Of a DNA stretch of 46,560 nt, positions 1 through 11,814 are shown one piece after another (the first letter of the stretch is position 1; the number at the start of each line of letters is the position of its first letter). Below the pieces are notes generated by a model. That model searched no databases. It saw nothing but the letters and a program-made list of their open reading frames with translations, and was not told where the DNA came from. A program made the position numbers and the translations under genes. Source of the stretch: Octopus bimaculoides (lineage: Eukaryota); contig NC_068997.1 in NCBI RefSeq assembly GCF_001194135.2, positions 12,123,886-12,170,445 of the forward strand, written 5' to 3'.

Positions 1-39
1 GTGATTACGACAGTAGTAGTAGTAGTAGTAGTACTAGTT

Positions 40-95
<56 letters not shown>

Positions 96-240
96 GGTGG
101 TGGTGGTGGTGGTGGCATCAGTAGTATATGTAGTATTAGTATTAGCGACAGAACATTTAGTTGTCGTGGTGATAGTAGTAAAGTAGAAGTGGTAGTGGTC
201 AGCAGTGATAGTAGTCGTTGTAGTGGTAGTAGTTATATAC
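1..240. repeat. (GTA)n/(GTG)n compound microsatellite
   Basis: Directly visible trinucleotide runs; explains the poly-Val ORF 1..186. Confidence 0.95.
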
Positions 241-364
241 GAAGCAGACCTGTTGACATTGGAAAATTATTACAGAAAGCTAGAGAAGAATATAAAAAAT
301 GAAATTACTTTTAGAAATTTTTTTTTTCTATCAGAAACCGTCACAACTGTAACGATTCACACAT

Positions 365-366
<2 letters not shown>

Positions 367-440
<74 letters not shown>
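367..440. repeat. (GT)n microsatellite, one of many TA/CA/GT tracts in the window
   Basis: Perfect GT run. Confidence 0.95.
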
Positions 441-444
<4 letters not shown>

Positions 445-908
445 TAGTTACTACGTCAGAACACCAGACACAGGAAAATGACATTGACAAAACGATTTAA
501 AGAAGTGAATCACACATAAATATAAAGCAATATGATTTCTTTTTGGTAAAAAAAATAAATCAATTTCCAAGGTCAAATTATTCACGCACCCCAATTATGG
601 TACAGATTGATCCAGAGGTCTGACCGTGCATAGAGGACACACACACAGACAACGTATTATATATACATATACACACACATACATATACATATATACACAT
701 ATAAGCATACATATACACATACCTGTTAAAGTCTGTCATACCGACCATGATGAAATACCACAAGGTATTTAATCCTTTATATTGAACACTCAATATTTCA
801 TCGATTCAATAAGACATATTCCATATATTCAATAAGATAGTCAATACTTTATTTCATTGTACCATCCATTTTTATTTTATATTATATATTGTATATTATA
901 TTATATAT

Positions 909-1264
909 NNNNNNNNNNNNNNNNNNNNNNNNNNNNNNNNNNNNNNNNNNNNNNNNNNNNNNNNNNNNNNNNNNNNNNNNNNNNNNNNNNNNNNNNNNNN
1001 NNNNNNNNNNNNNNNNNNNNNNNNNNNNNNNNNNNNNNNNNNNNNNNNNNNNNNNNNNNNNNNNNNNNNNNNNNNNNNNNNNNNNNNNNNNNNNNNNNNN
1101 NNNNNNNNNNNNNNNNNNNNNNNNNNNNNNNNNNNNNNNNNNNNNNNNNNNNNNNNNNNNNNNNNNNNNNNNNNNNNNNNNNNNNNNNNNNNNNNNNNNN
1201 NNNNNNNNNNNNNNNNNNNNNNNNNNNNNNNNNNNNNNNNNNNNNNNNNNNNNNNNNNNNNNNN
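909..1264. other. Assembly gap (other large gaps: 4684-5090, 14091-14956, 16561-16956, 26654-26813, 32952-33510, 34401-34786)
   Basis: N runs, mostly bordered by microsatellites. Confidence 1.
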
Positions 1265-1269
1265 ATAAC

Positions 1270-1530
1270 ATTATATGCATACTTGTTACTAATTCAAATA
1301 TGCTTGAGATGTATTCGATCCCGTATAAAAGCCATTCACAGTATTTTTGCCATTAAGAAAATAGGTGCAAACAAACCGAGTCAGTTCGCAGCGTTCCTTA
1401 ACCAAACTGGTGAATGCACGCATTTCAGAGTGGTTGTCTTCTCTTCAGCACCAGAAACTGGAAAAGCAGACACTGCGAAGTGAGGAGAGTAGTAGGTTTC
1501 TTTTAATACATTCCTATCTTTAAAATGCTT
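1270..1530 (-). mobile_element. HHR-bearing ~225-245 nt repeat unit (family B), copy 1; retrozyme or PLE-pLTR-like
   Basis: Reverse complement aligns by eye with 2004-2282 through shared blocks ttcgcag.gtctgc, ctggt.ctgaaga, gttt.cacctat, caaaaatac, tcgaa and caagcatatttgaa. Confidence 0.75.
1407..1454 (-). ncRNA. Type I hammerhead ribozyme motif, intact core
   Basis: Minus strand reads CUGGUG-CUGAAGA-GAAGACAACCACUCU-GAAA-UGCGUGCA-UU-CACCAG. Stem I is a perfect 6 bp, stem III is A-U plus UGC/GCA, and the cleavage triplet is AUU. Stem II is weak (AGA/UCU, 3 bp). Confidence 0.75.
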
Positions 1531-1840
1531 GGCTTAGTGGTTAGGGCATTGAGCTCACGATCATGAAGTCTTGGGTTCGATTCCTGGCAACACGCTGTTT
1601 CCTTCGCTAAGACACTTTATTTCACGTTGCTCCAGTACAATTAGCTTGCAAAAATAATTAGTACTTGTAATTCAAAGGGTCAGCCTCATCACATTCTGTG
1701 TCATGCTGAATCTCCTTGAGAACTATGTTAAGTGTACACATGTGTGTGGAGTACTCAGCCATTCACACGTTAATTACACGGAGTGAGTTCCAGTATTCAC
1801 GTCATAGTACAATCACTGGTTGCGTTAGTTACCGACTCAA
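1531..1840 (+). mobile_element. tRNA-derived SINE, family C
   Basis: A-box-like ggcttagtggttagg and B-box gggttcgattcc, then a body containing aagacactttatttcacgttgctccag. Confidence 0.85.
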
Positions 1841-1919
1841 CGCAAACAAAATGCAGGACGAAAGCATTAAGCATTGATGTATATAAATGCTAATTTGTTA
1901 CTAGTCCAAATACGTTTGA

Positions 1920-2282
1920 GGTATTTACACCTATCCGTGTACAGCGAGAAATAATCTCCACGATAAAAATACAGTAAATGGTTGACTGGTTCGAATATTG
2001 CCTAAGCGGATTCCAACTGGTAATAGGGACTTATCTCTTTCTCTTGTCAGTTCGCAGAGTCTGCTTTTTCCTTTTTCTGGTACTGAAGACAAGCTATCCA
2101 CTCCCAAACTTATGCATCGCCCTCTCCGGTTTGTGGAAAGGCTGTGAAATCACAGGGTGTGTTTACACCTATCTCTCTACAGCGAGAATTTTTTTTTCCA
2201 TGACAAAAATACCACATGTAGCTTTCTCATAGGTTCGAACATACCCCAAGCATATTTGAAATGCTCACAACTTTGCATTTAT
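1920..2282 (+). mobile_element. HHR-bearing repeat unit (family B), copy 2: ~1.4 head-to-tail units with a degenerate HHR at 2077-2124
   Basis: tttacacctatc....tacagcgagaa......tcca.ga.aaaaatac occurs at ~1924 and ~2162 (period ~238). Between them lies ctggta-CUGAAGA-...-CAAA (GAAA mutated). Confidence 0.7.
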
Positions 2283-2308
2283 ATACATCACTGATTAGAA
2301 CTTTATAC

Positions 2309-2343
<35 letters not shown>

Positions 2344-2566
2344 CACACACACATACACATATACATACATATATATATATAAATTACTAAGGTGGCTTAT
2401 TCGCAATTTACAACCAAACGGTACAAGTACACTTGTCACTATAGTGACTCAGGGTGTAGGTCAGTACCAGCATTGCTAGAAATAAGAGTCAAAACAACCC
2501 TTAGTTACGGGCAAGCACTTATGTAATGACTGATAAGGGAGAGAAGTTCCCTACAGCAAGCGAGAC

Positions 2567-2619
2567 AGAGGCAGATCATCGATGAATTCGGATTTGATTA
2601 ATCCTCATCAGTGACTCTC
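2567..2619 (-). ncRNA. Type I hammerhead ribozyme motif with one core substitution (A15.1 to U)
   Basis: Minus strand reads GAGAGUCA-CUGAUGA-GGAUU-AAUCA-AAUCC-GAA-U-UCA-UCGA-UGA-UC-UGCCUCU. Stem II is 5 bp, stem III 3 bp with a UCGA loop, stem I 6 of 7 bp, triplet AUC. Confidence 0.75.
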
Positions 2620-3074
2620 ACCCGGTTGTCGAGGGTTAAAGCTAACACATCTTTTCAGTTTATAGAGAAAACCGTAGGAATCTGAGGCTGATTCCATGCA
2701 CATATATATTGTCTACATGCATGCATATATTTGGATGAACGTTCTCAGATGCATAAACCGTTATTGGTGCTTGTAATATGTACATAACATTGTATAAAAT
2801 AAAATTGTTTCTACGCGTTTTTTTATAGAAAATAGAACTGAGATTAGCAATACGAGAATCATACTTTACCTAAAACGGCCACCATCTTACTTCACCAACC
2901 AACCGACTTGAATACATCTAACAGATTCTAGCATCATAAGTAAATTAATTATCATCCACAAAATTCATCACGTATCTTTCATTAGCTTTTAAGCAATCGT
3001 AGATTGGATATTAATTATCTAAATTCTAGCAATGATTGATAAAATATACTTCTTCGGTTATAAAATAATTGGGT

Positions 3075-3075
3075 T

Positions 3076-3119
<44 letters not shown>

Positions 3120-3170
3120 TATAGATAGATAGATAGATAGATAGACAAACAGACAGACAGTCAGATAGAT
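3075..3170. repeat. (GATA)n/(GACA)n tetranucleotide tract (others at ~12795, ~16416, ~42121, ~44277)
   Basis: Visible tandem GATA. Confidence 0.95.
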
Positions 3171-3775
3171 ATTTTGCATGCATTTTAGGACATTCTTTTA
3201 AATATGCAGAAAGGTTTCAACGTCATACAGTCAAACCATTGATATATTTTCTAAAGTTCTGAGTCGTATTACCAAATATAAATAAACAGTTGAGGTATAC
3301 TCGCGAATGAAATGAGACGGTGTCTGTCTCCGTGTGAATGGGGATTCTTTAAATAGATAATAGTGAAAACAAAATATGTCGGTAACGGTGTCAAAGAAAA
3401 TTTCTTCTTTTACTCAGCAAAGCTTTTGAATAAACGGTAGATTGATAGATAGATAGATAATGGTGTATGTGAACATATATAAATAGATACACACACGCAC
3501 ACACACAAACACACACACATTCCGATCTCGTAAACACATACATACACCCACACATATACATGCCTATCACATTGTCAGCAAATTCTATATATAACGTATA
3601 TATGTGCATGTACGTACGTATGTATGTATGTAACCATGTATGTATGTATATATATATATATATATATATAAACAATATATGAGTATATGCATATATATGT
3701 ACATGTATGTATATACGTTCATCTACATGTACATATAGATACATAACTGGGTACATGACGTGGCANNNNNNNNNN

Positions 3776-3806
<31 letters not shown>

Positions 3807-4369
3807 AATATATGAGTATATGCATATATATGTACATGTATGTATATACGTTCATCTACATGTACATATAGATACATAACTGGGTACATGACGTGGCAAA
3901 AGAACAAGGACAAAATGGTAAACAAGGTGCAACAAACAAGCATGCCACATAGAAACATATATACGTATTTATATGTATATATATATATATATATGCATGT
4001 ATGTATATATTGGTATATATTTATGTATGTTCCCTTGTATACATATATATATATTGATGGACATACGAATGCATGTATGTATATGCTCACACACACTGAC
4101 ATATGGACACACGCATTCACATGCATGCCAATTCTTGTGTGCGTGTATGTGTATGCGTGTGTGTCTGAGGGTGTGTGTGTGTGTGTATGTTGCATAATTT
4201 GCGGTAAATGTGCATTTTTTTTTTCGAATTACAAAAATTGTTAATTAGACGAACACGACGATACGATCTGGAATGTATGTTAACGGCAAAACGCCAAACA
4301 AAATCGTGATGATATGCCTGTTGATATACGTAATAGTGATTATGATGATAATATGCAATCATAATCATC

Positions 4370-4378
4370 TTGTTGTTG

Positions 4379-4437
<59 letters not shown>

Positions 4438-4440
4438 GTC
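4370..4440. repeat. (TTG)n/(TTA)n microsatellite
   Basis: Visible trinucleotide run. Confidence 0.95.
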
Positions 4441-5154
4441 TGCTGTTTCATTAACATCATTATTATCATAATGCTAATAATGTTGATGATAACGAAGAGA
4501 AAGAGGAGGGGGAAGAGGACGGCAAACGACGCCGACAGCAATTGATCGTTGTAATTGCACGTACCAATAGCGATATATTTATTTACCGACATTATTTTTC
4601 ATTGCATTTTTCTTCCATACTTAACATTTCCCTCTTGTTTATACTTTTCTTTACCTATTCCTAAAAGAAAGCATAAATAGATANNNNNNNNNNNNNNNNN
4701 NNNNNNNNNNNNNNNNNNNNNNNNNNNNNNNNNNNNNNNNNNNNNNNNNNNNNNNNNNNNNNNNNNNNNNNNNNNNNNNNNNNNNNNNNNNNNNNNNNNN
4801 NNNNNNNNNNNNNNNNNNNNNNNNNNNNNNNNNNNNNNNNNNNNNNNNNNNNNNNNNNNNNNNNNNNNNNNNNNNNNNNNNNNNNNNNNNNNNNNNNNNN
4901 NNNNNNNNNNNNNNNNNNNNNNNNNNNNNNNNNNNNNNNNNNNNNNNNNNNNNNNNNNNNNNNNNNNNNNNNNNNNNNNNNNNNNNNNNNNNNNNNNNNN
5001 NNNNNNNNNNNNNNNNNNNNNNNNNNNNNNNNNNNNNNNNNNNNNNNNNNNNNNNNNNNNNNNNNNNNNNNNNNNNNNNNNNNNNNNNNNTATATATATA
5101 TATATATATGTGTGTGTTCATACATATATATACTTATATATGTGTATATATACA

Positions 5155-5186
<32 letters not shown>

Positions 5187-5426
5187 CATATAGATTCATA
5201 TTAGACAAGAGATGTAGTCAATTAGAAGCTATTAATGATATTTTTAAAAATCTTACTTTCTGTAAAAGTTTCCAGTTTTATTTTCCTGTCTCTTGCGATG
5301 AATGCATCTGAACCATGTTAATTATTCAAACTGCTGCTCATATGAATATTACATAAACACACGCACTTAAATTCATGCACACATAAATGTCTATATATAG
5401 GTAATTATCTATACACACACATACCC

Positions 5427-5461
<35 letters not shown>

Positions 5462-5705
5462 CATACATATATGTGTGGGTGTGGGTGTGGGTGTGTTTGT
5501 ATGTGTGTAGTTGAGGACATAATATATATATAAGCAACATATGTGTCCCGTATACCGGTTTAGAATCTCTTAACTTTACTTTTCTTCAGTTACTAAGTAT
5601 ATGAATGCAAGAACCTTCACAAATAAGAATTACTGACAAAGTTTCAAAGTTTAATGTTTAGATCAGAAAGCTGATGTTTTAAACAGTTCTTCAATTTTAA
5701 GTGTT

Positions 5706-5777
5706 TTCTGCTATAGCCTCGCGCTGACCAAAACCTTGTGAGTGCAATTGGTAGACGGAAACTGAAAGAAGCCTGTC

Positions 5778-5811
<34 letters not shown>

Positions 5812-6012
5812 NNNNNNNNNNACAAAGTCTCCGCACCATCACTTGACAAACGATGTTGCTGTGTTTACGTCTCCGTATCTTAGCGGTTCGGTCACAAAGA
5901 CCGATAGGATAAGTTCTAGGCTTACAAAGAATAAGTCTTGAGATCGATTTTTTTCGACTAAAAGCGGTGCACCAACATGGCAGCAGTCAAATGACACAAA
6001 CAAATAAAAGAA
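5706..6012 (+). mobile_element. tRNA-derived SINE family B, 5'-truncated, with central microsatellite and tail
   Basis: ggtagacggaaactgaaagaagcc, then (TA)/(TG), then a tail that matches the reverse complement of 44668-44870. Confidence 0.85.
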
Positions 6013-6308
6013 TTCGTAACTGAAGAGTGATTTCAAATAGTCTCTATCATCGCATAAAACTTTACTTAAATTGTGACGGGATACACACGCGCGCAAGCAC
6101 AGTCTGGTATTTAAATTAATGATATTTATTTAGTATAAATTTCCCAACAATCAAGTACCCATTTTTCTTATGAAAGCAAACTTTTGACATGCAGTCATAC
6201 CTTCCGACTGAAAAACTTCGCAAGATACGTTATCGACCAGAAACCCGAGACATCAGTGTGGAATTCTAACTGAAATAATAACTGATTCATATACACATTT
6301 AGACACAT

Positions 6309-6455
6309 GTGTGGTAAGAAGCTTGCTACTCAACTACATGGATCCGGGTTCAGTCCCACTGCGTGGTACCTTGGGCAAGTGTCTTTTGTTATAGCCTCGG
6401 GCCGACCAAAGCCTTCTGAGTGAATTTGGTAGACGGAAACTGAAAGAAGCCCGTC

Positions 6456-6487
<32 letters not shown>
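6309..6487 (+). mobile_element. SINE family B head ending in (TA)n
   Basis: gtgtggtaagaagcttgc...gggttcagtcccactgcgtgg...gacggaaactgaaagaagcccgtcgtata. Confidence 0.9.
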
Positions 6488-6489
<2 letters not shown>

Positions 6490-7018
6490 TATTTTATACA
6501 TGTCTAGACTACTCTTTTACCTACGGACTTCGAAGCCCTATGATGGAAGATTGTATGTTTTTAATATATTGGGCTTCCAGACTTCTTCTGTAGGCCAAGT
6601 TTTTCTTAAAAAAAATTCCCTCTTCCTTTTCATTATTTTGGACGATTTTGTATTAACGCTGATGAAGCTTCGTATTCTAGTTCGAATGTCGTATGAAGAC
6701 GAAAAAATATTATTTCCGCAATTCTTTGCAGGCACTGATTGGCATTGGAAGCAGAAACGGCCGTAAGAATTGTTATGTCACATAAATGTCATGTCATGTG
6801 TTGTATTAAATAATAAGCTTTAGATGTGGTCCATTTTTTTTTGTTTATTGATCTAAAGTTTTCTTCATTTTCTGATTATTTATACACGCGTATACTTAAA
6901 TATTTTCTGATTATTTATACACGTGTATACTTAAATATAAATGCACGCGCACAAGAAACAATAGTTTATGCATACAAACAACGTCATATGAGTTCTTAAG
7001 CTGACATATATATACATA

Positions 7019-7232
7019 TACGAGGGATGCTGAAAAGTTCCACGCGTTAAGGGTATCGCGAAAGGCCTGGCTGGAGGCCCCACCTTCTGAGTTCTTTTAC
7101 AAGGCTTAGAAAAACTGAAGGGCCGCGGCAATAAGCGTGTGAATGTGAGAGGGGAATATTCAATAAAATCATAATTAACTGATCCTCCTGTATTTATTTT
7201 TACCCAAAGCCAGAAACTTTTAAGCACCGTCT
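7019..7232 (+). mobile_element. Internally deleted mariner (Tc1/mariner) element
   Basis: TA followed by CGAGGGATGCTGAAAAGTTC at the left; degenerate inverse (gaaacttttaagcacc) at the right. 7103-7160 encodes GLEKLKGRGNKRVNVRGEY, which resembles the mariner transposase C-terminus. Confidence 0.75.
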
Positions 7233-7491
7233 GATGTGAGTGCACGCGTCTTTGATATATACCAATATCTGACTCTGCAAATTTAGACACTCATACACAG
7301 ACAAACACATACTGAGAATCTGATGTGTATACATATATAGTTACTCATCCATACACACAAGTATACACATGTATATACACGCATATGTATTCATTTGGAT
7401 TTATGTGTTCCCATATGCGTTCCCGTATATGACATATAGACATCTACACATGCTCAATTACACATACGCAAACATATCTATATATATATAC

Positions 7492-7533
<42 letters not shown>

Positions 7534-7543
7534 NNNNNNNNNN

Positions 7544-7628
<85 letters not shown>

Positions 7629-8276
7629 CACATATATCTCTCAAGAGCTACTTAGGTAATATATGTATAATGTAGTTTTCTGCAAATCTGCTTTAATAGC
7701 AATGTATTTGCGCATAAACGTACATATATTGTAGAAAAATATCTTCTTAGATACATATACTCATGCATATGATTTCATATATTCGTATTTCTTTTGTCTT
7801 GTGTATATCTGCGTAGGTATATTTATTGTATGCTTCGATGAAATGGTTGAAATCCTATTATCTAGCTACTTACGTTCCGCTAATTCAAGTATTAATACAA
7901 CGTGTTTCCACTAGCTTTGCTTGTACATTCACTAGTTATCTGAATAATGGTGTCTTCTGTCATTTATTCAATCCAATAAAGTTTCATATAAAAGCTACTC
8001 GTCTCCGACAATAAGTTTTGGTTGTGTAATTTACTTTATGTAACTAATTATCACCTTATGCTAAGGAATCATACGTAATGATATAACTAAATATCTTTTA
8101 AATAATCTCTTATGGTTTGTTTTGTTTTACATATGAGTATGTTGTCTGCTTGTCAAAAGACAAAATTGAACAACCAGAACGAGAGGAGGAGACATGTTGA
8201 ATACAGCGCCGCTCAAGAAAAGTCACACGATGAGTGACCAATGAACTTTGACAAAGAAACTAAAACAATAATAATA

Positions 8277-8644
<368 letters not shown>

Positions 8645-8645
8645 A

Positions 8646-8818
8646 TTTCAAATATTTGCGTCAAGATCAGCTTAGGGAAGGTGGAGGAGAATCGATTACA
8701 TTGACCCTAGTGCTCAATTGGTACTTAATTTATCGACTCCGAAATGATGAAAGGCAAAGTCGACCTCGGTGGAATTTAAACTCAGAACGTAGCGACGGAC
8801 GAAATATCTCTAAGCATT
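8646..8818 (-). mobile_element. SINE family A, 5'-truncated
   Basis: Matches the other copies up to ...gaaatatctctaagcatt and then stops. Confidence 0.88.
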
Positions 8819-8819
8819 A

Positions 8820-9900
8820 CTGGGTAACATAGCTAAGTGGAATACACGTCTCCTTCTACACCATAGTAATGGAATTAGCCAATCTAACAACATCAACATC
8901 ACACGGGGCATCTTTCAAGGTAACTCCATCTCCCTATTACTCTTTTGCATGGCATTGATCACACTTTCAAACGAACTAATACCAGGTATGGGTTCAAAGT
9001 GTATAATATTATAGTAAACCATCTGTTTTATATGGACGATCTGAAACTGCTTGCTAGAAATGACGAAGAGCTAGTAGAGTTGTTAACAATTGTGAAAGAG
9101 TTCAACAATGACATAGAGATAGATTTTGGCTTTGATAAGTGTGCTAAAGCAACTTTTGTAGGAAACAAGCTCAAACAAACAGCTTCCGTTAAATTAGATA
9201 TCGACACTATCATAAAGGAGCTTGACCCACAAGAAAGTTGTAAATACCTGGACATAAACGAAGGATATTGTATACAACATGCTACTATGAAGGGAAAATA
9301 AGAAAGGAATATTACAGGCGAGTAAGATTCATACTAAAAACTGAAGTCAACTCCAAAAATCGCATCGATGTCATTAACACCCTGGCACTTCCAGTAATCC
9401 AATATAGTTTTAACATCATTAACTGCAATCTTACAGAGCTCCAACGCCTGGATAGGAAGGCAAGAAAACTACTAACATCTAAGAACATGCACCATTCAAA
9501 AGCAGACGTTGATCGTCTGTACCTACCTTGATGTAATGGGGAAAGAGGAATGATGAAGGCAGAACTGTGCTATAAGACCTCCATAAAATCAATGAACAAG
9601 TACTTATCTAGTACAGAGGACTGGATGCTGCGGCTTGTGTGCAAACACGAAGCAGCATAAACTCACATTCTATTGTCAAGGAAACTTTCAAATTCGCGAG
9701 GGAACTTGGCATTAACCCTGAAATAGTTGAAGAACCTGAAACCACTGCTACAAAACAAGCAAAACGGATCGAACAGACTTCAAAACACGTGCAGAAACAA
9801 ATTGAGGAGCGGTGGAGCCAGAAGCCTTTTCATGGACAGTGTAGATCGAGCAACAACTCATCAGAGGCCGAGAAGCTAGGGACTGAAAGTAGAGACTGTG
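8820..9900 (+). mobile_element. Decayed R4/Dong-clade non-LTR retrotransposon, C-terminal half of RT and thumb
   Basis: Frameshifted translation gives RGIFQGNSISP, NHLFYMDDLKLLA, FGFDKCAKA, KYL, RKEYYRRVR, ALPVIQYSF, HHSKADVDRLYLP*..GRG, WSQKPFHGQ and GLKVET, motifs typical of R4/Dong RT. Confidence 0.9.
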
Positions 9901-10079
9901 TAAGACAGTTCGGTATTCTCTCTAAATGCACAGAAACCGTTTTAAAGGCTTCATACTTTGTTGTTATTGGATTAGCGAAACAATTATGAGAACGGAACCA
10001 AGGGATAAACCCCGTTTTTCCCAGGAATTACCAGGTACGTGAGCTAGTAAATTGCATATCTTATTTGGACCACCATGAG

Positions 10080-10621
10080 TGGTAGTTAAGTTCTGATCTT
10101 TGCAGATCATTAAGCGTCTTTTGAGGCCTCCGTTAGATTTGTAGACCTCGTAGCATACACTGCATTCAAAGGTGTGCACAGGTATATAGGCAGAGCAGTT
10201 GGTGGGGGTTCACTTTTCTCAGATCCGCAAATGAGATTTGAGCCCAGAAAGGCATGATCTGTCACGAGTTGTGCACGCAAAAAGATCACTGAGATTCACC
10301 TTCTCGATCGCAATATTCTTCTTTAAATCTCTCTTGAGTCATACATGTATCATCCTGGCCTCCTCAAAGGCTTTCACTCCACTCCACACTTTTGTTCGCC
10401 ATCCAACTCGATCGGAGCAAGGATTTCTATGGCCTTTGGATTCACTCTAAATGTCTTCACGGTAGTCCTTATGCTCTTCTTAAACTTCGTTTTAGGTTTA
10501 CATTGATTGCGTTTCCCCTCTGCAAGCTCGCCATAAAACAACTGTTTGGATGTGCGTTCATCCGCCCATTCGAACGATATGGCCAGACTTTCTCATTTGA
10601 TTTTTCAGAATCATTGATTTA
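10080..10621 (-). mobile_element. Decayed RTE-clade LINE 3' coding end with two C2H2-like zinc fingers
   Basis: Minus translation: MILKNQMRKSGHIVRM, KQLFYGELAEGKRNQCKPK, DRVGWRTKVWSGVKAFEEAR, FACTTRDRSCLSGLKSHLR, then FECSVCYEVYKSNGGLKR. Confidence 0.8.
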
Positions 10622-10820
10622 ATAGAAGTAATGCCTGCAGACACAAAGACATCTGTGTCTGGAGTTAAAAAACAAAAAGCCCCATTTAATGTTTAAAATG
10701 CAGTGAAGGCATTTTTGGTGGAATCGTTTTAACAATTTGAAATGTCTTTCCTAACATGTCCATGTTTCAGACGAACACAACAGAGATGGTAAGACAAACG
10801 ATTTGTAAAGAACCAATTTT

Positions 10821-10970
10821 GTTCTGAGTTCGAATGCCGCCGACGTCAAATTTGCCTTTCATACTTTCAGGGTCGATAAAGTAAGTACTGGTTGATCACT
10901 GGGGTCGATGTAATCGATTCATCCTCTTCCCAAAATTGCAGCCCTTATGGCAAAATTTGAAACCATTATT
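10821..10970 (+). mobile_element. SINE family A, 5'-truncated
   Basis: gttctgagttcgaatgccgccg...gggtcgatgtaatcga...caaaatttgaaaccattatt. Confidence 0.85.
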
Positions 10971-11814
10971 AATGAACGTCTTAAACAATTTCTGTTATAT
11001 AACGTGATTAATTTGAAGACATTTTCTATTTTGATTTGTTTCATTTTTATTTGTTGCTTTTTTATGGTTCAAATATTTTAATGAAGATTCTATGTATAAT
11101 TATATAAACATTCTTAGTGGATATTGCCAGTTCATATCGATATCAATTAATTATAAACTTTGTTAATTCTAGAATTCTTTAATTAGCAATAATCTAGCGT
11201 ACTTTAATTAAAAATATGTTTAGTAACTTTATTTGTGATTTTGCTGGGGTTTTGCAGATATAACTAAATAATTTTAGTATTTTACGATGTTGATTGTTTG
11301 TATGTTTGTTGTTTACTATTTTCCTACATGACATCAAAAAGTAACATGAATTAAATAAATTATTTCAGGAAATTATATTTGGATGCAATCCACAAAATAC
11401 AAAAATCACAGTGAACAAAAATCCAGCTAGAAATAATTATACAATATTGAACACTGAATATTAGTTAAAATTTAATAGTACCTCGGATTAATTTCTCTTA
11501 ATATTTTATTCTCTATAACAAGTTTTATTCTTATATAATATTGCACATCAACCGACTAGTGGTTTTCTTTTCGTTAGTAAAACGGTAATAACGAAGAGAT
11601 CGAATAATATCGAAAAATATACCTAGACTTATCTCCAGGAGTAGCCACAATGTTAAAAAAGTAATAATATTATCTGACTAATCATCTCACCACATGTGAC
11701 TAATTATGTATTTTATATATTTTTAAGTTAACCTCATTAAAAGCGAAACCAAACTTTGTTGCAGATGTTTGCTTTGTAGTTTTCTTGTAAATGAGGTCAG
11801 GTCTTTGAAAGCAT

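Noticed and set aside
1531-1600. tRNA-like A/B boxes here and in other SINE heads
   Set aside because: No complete cloverleaf, and each continues into a SINE body, so these are not tRNA genes.
3665-3898. ~100-bp direct repeat on either side of a short N run
   Set aside because: Near-identical copies flanking a tiny gap are typical of unmerged contig overlap, so probably an assembly artefact.
6655-6700. CUGAUGA...GAAU hammerhead-like string
   Set aside because: No GAAA, poor stem II and no convincing stem I.
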